This document shows positions 63,562 through 64,000 of a stretch of 64,000 nucleotides of DNA, in pieces. Both the position numbers and the translations under genes were made by a program. Location: the NCBI RefSeq assembly GCF_018977255.1, contig NW_024704743.1, forward strand, positions 58,344,001 to 58,408,000, given 5' to 3'. This DNA is from Callorhinchus milii. Taxonomy: Eukaryota. Within the stretch, counting starts at the first letter, position 1, and the number at the start of each line of letters is the position of its first letter. Under the pieces are notes generated by a model, which was given only the letters and a program-made list of their open reading frames with translations, ran no database searches and was not told where the DNA came from.

Positions 63562-63795
63562 AAAATCCTTGCACTTGATGTAACACCTTTCATGACAGGA
63601 GGATGTCTCCAAGCACTTCACATGATTCACTGTAAAGTGTAGTTACTGGGTGTTTTGTAGGCAAACAGGTAGCCAATTTGCCTACAGCAATTCCTACAAA
63701 CAGCCATGAAGTGGATGATTACTTTTATTTGGAGAATTACTGGCCAGGATACTGGGAGAAACTCGCTTCTCTTTTCTAATAGTGCCATGGGATGT
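63562..63795 (-). mobile_element. Deu-domain SINE 3' part
   Basis: Family match. Confidence 0.7.
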
Positions 63796-64000
63796 AACAA
63801 TCTTCTCTAAGACACCATGGGAATGAATGCTGAATTACAGACAGTCTGAGCCTTGGATTAATTCTCAGTTTGAACTGGTTTGAGGCTGTCTGAATTATTT
63901 TCATTTGACATTCTTGTGGTACATGGTTAGGAGAACATCATCCCATTATTCTGTGATGATTTAAACCAGGATCCCAAAGGTCAAAGGGCAACAAGTCAGA

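Overview
Repeat-rich, AT-rich vertebrate DNA. The repeat complement (L2 and CR1 LINEs, tRNA-Ala-headed SINEs with an L2-type tail, Deu-domain SINEs, Penelope-type fragments) suggests a cartilaginous fish, possibly a chimaera; this is an inference. No host protein-coding exon was recognised, and the window reads like a very large intron or 5'-UTR intron. The only long ORF is the APE+RT ORF of a young, near full-length single-ORF L2 LINE (6346-10074). Most other ORF-track entries are LINE fragments, their antisense shadows, or noise. Highlights: (1) a short Penelope-like element with a minimal hammerhead ribozyme core, inserted twice with flanking direct repeats; (2) a 2-nt frameshift shared by all three young L2 copies that cover the ORF end; (3) an uninterrupted 27-28 bp hairpin at 16.5 kb; (4) an unclassified multi-copy repeat forming an inverted pair and carrying a micro-inversion; (5) twin-priming-like SINE/L2 junctions; (6) + strand candidate exons, one inside a repeat-free CNE-like block; (7) a dense promoter motif cluster at the 5' end of an old L2. 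All coordinates were read by eye, and boundaries of old repeats are approximate.
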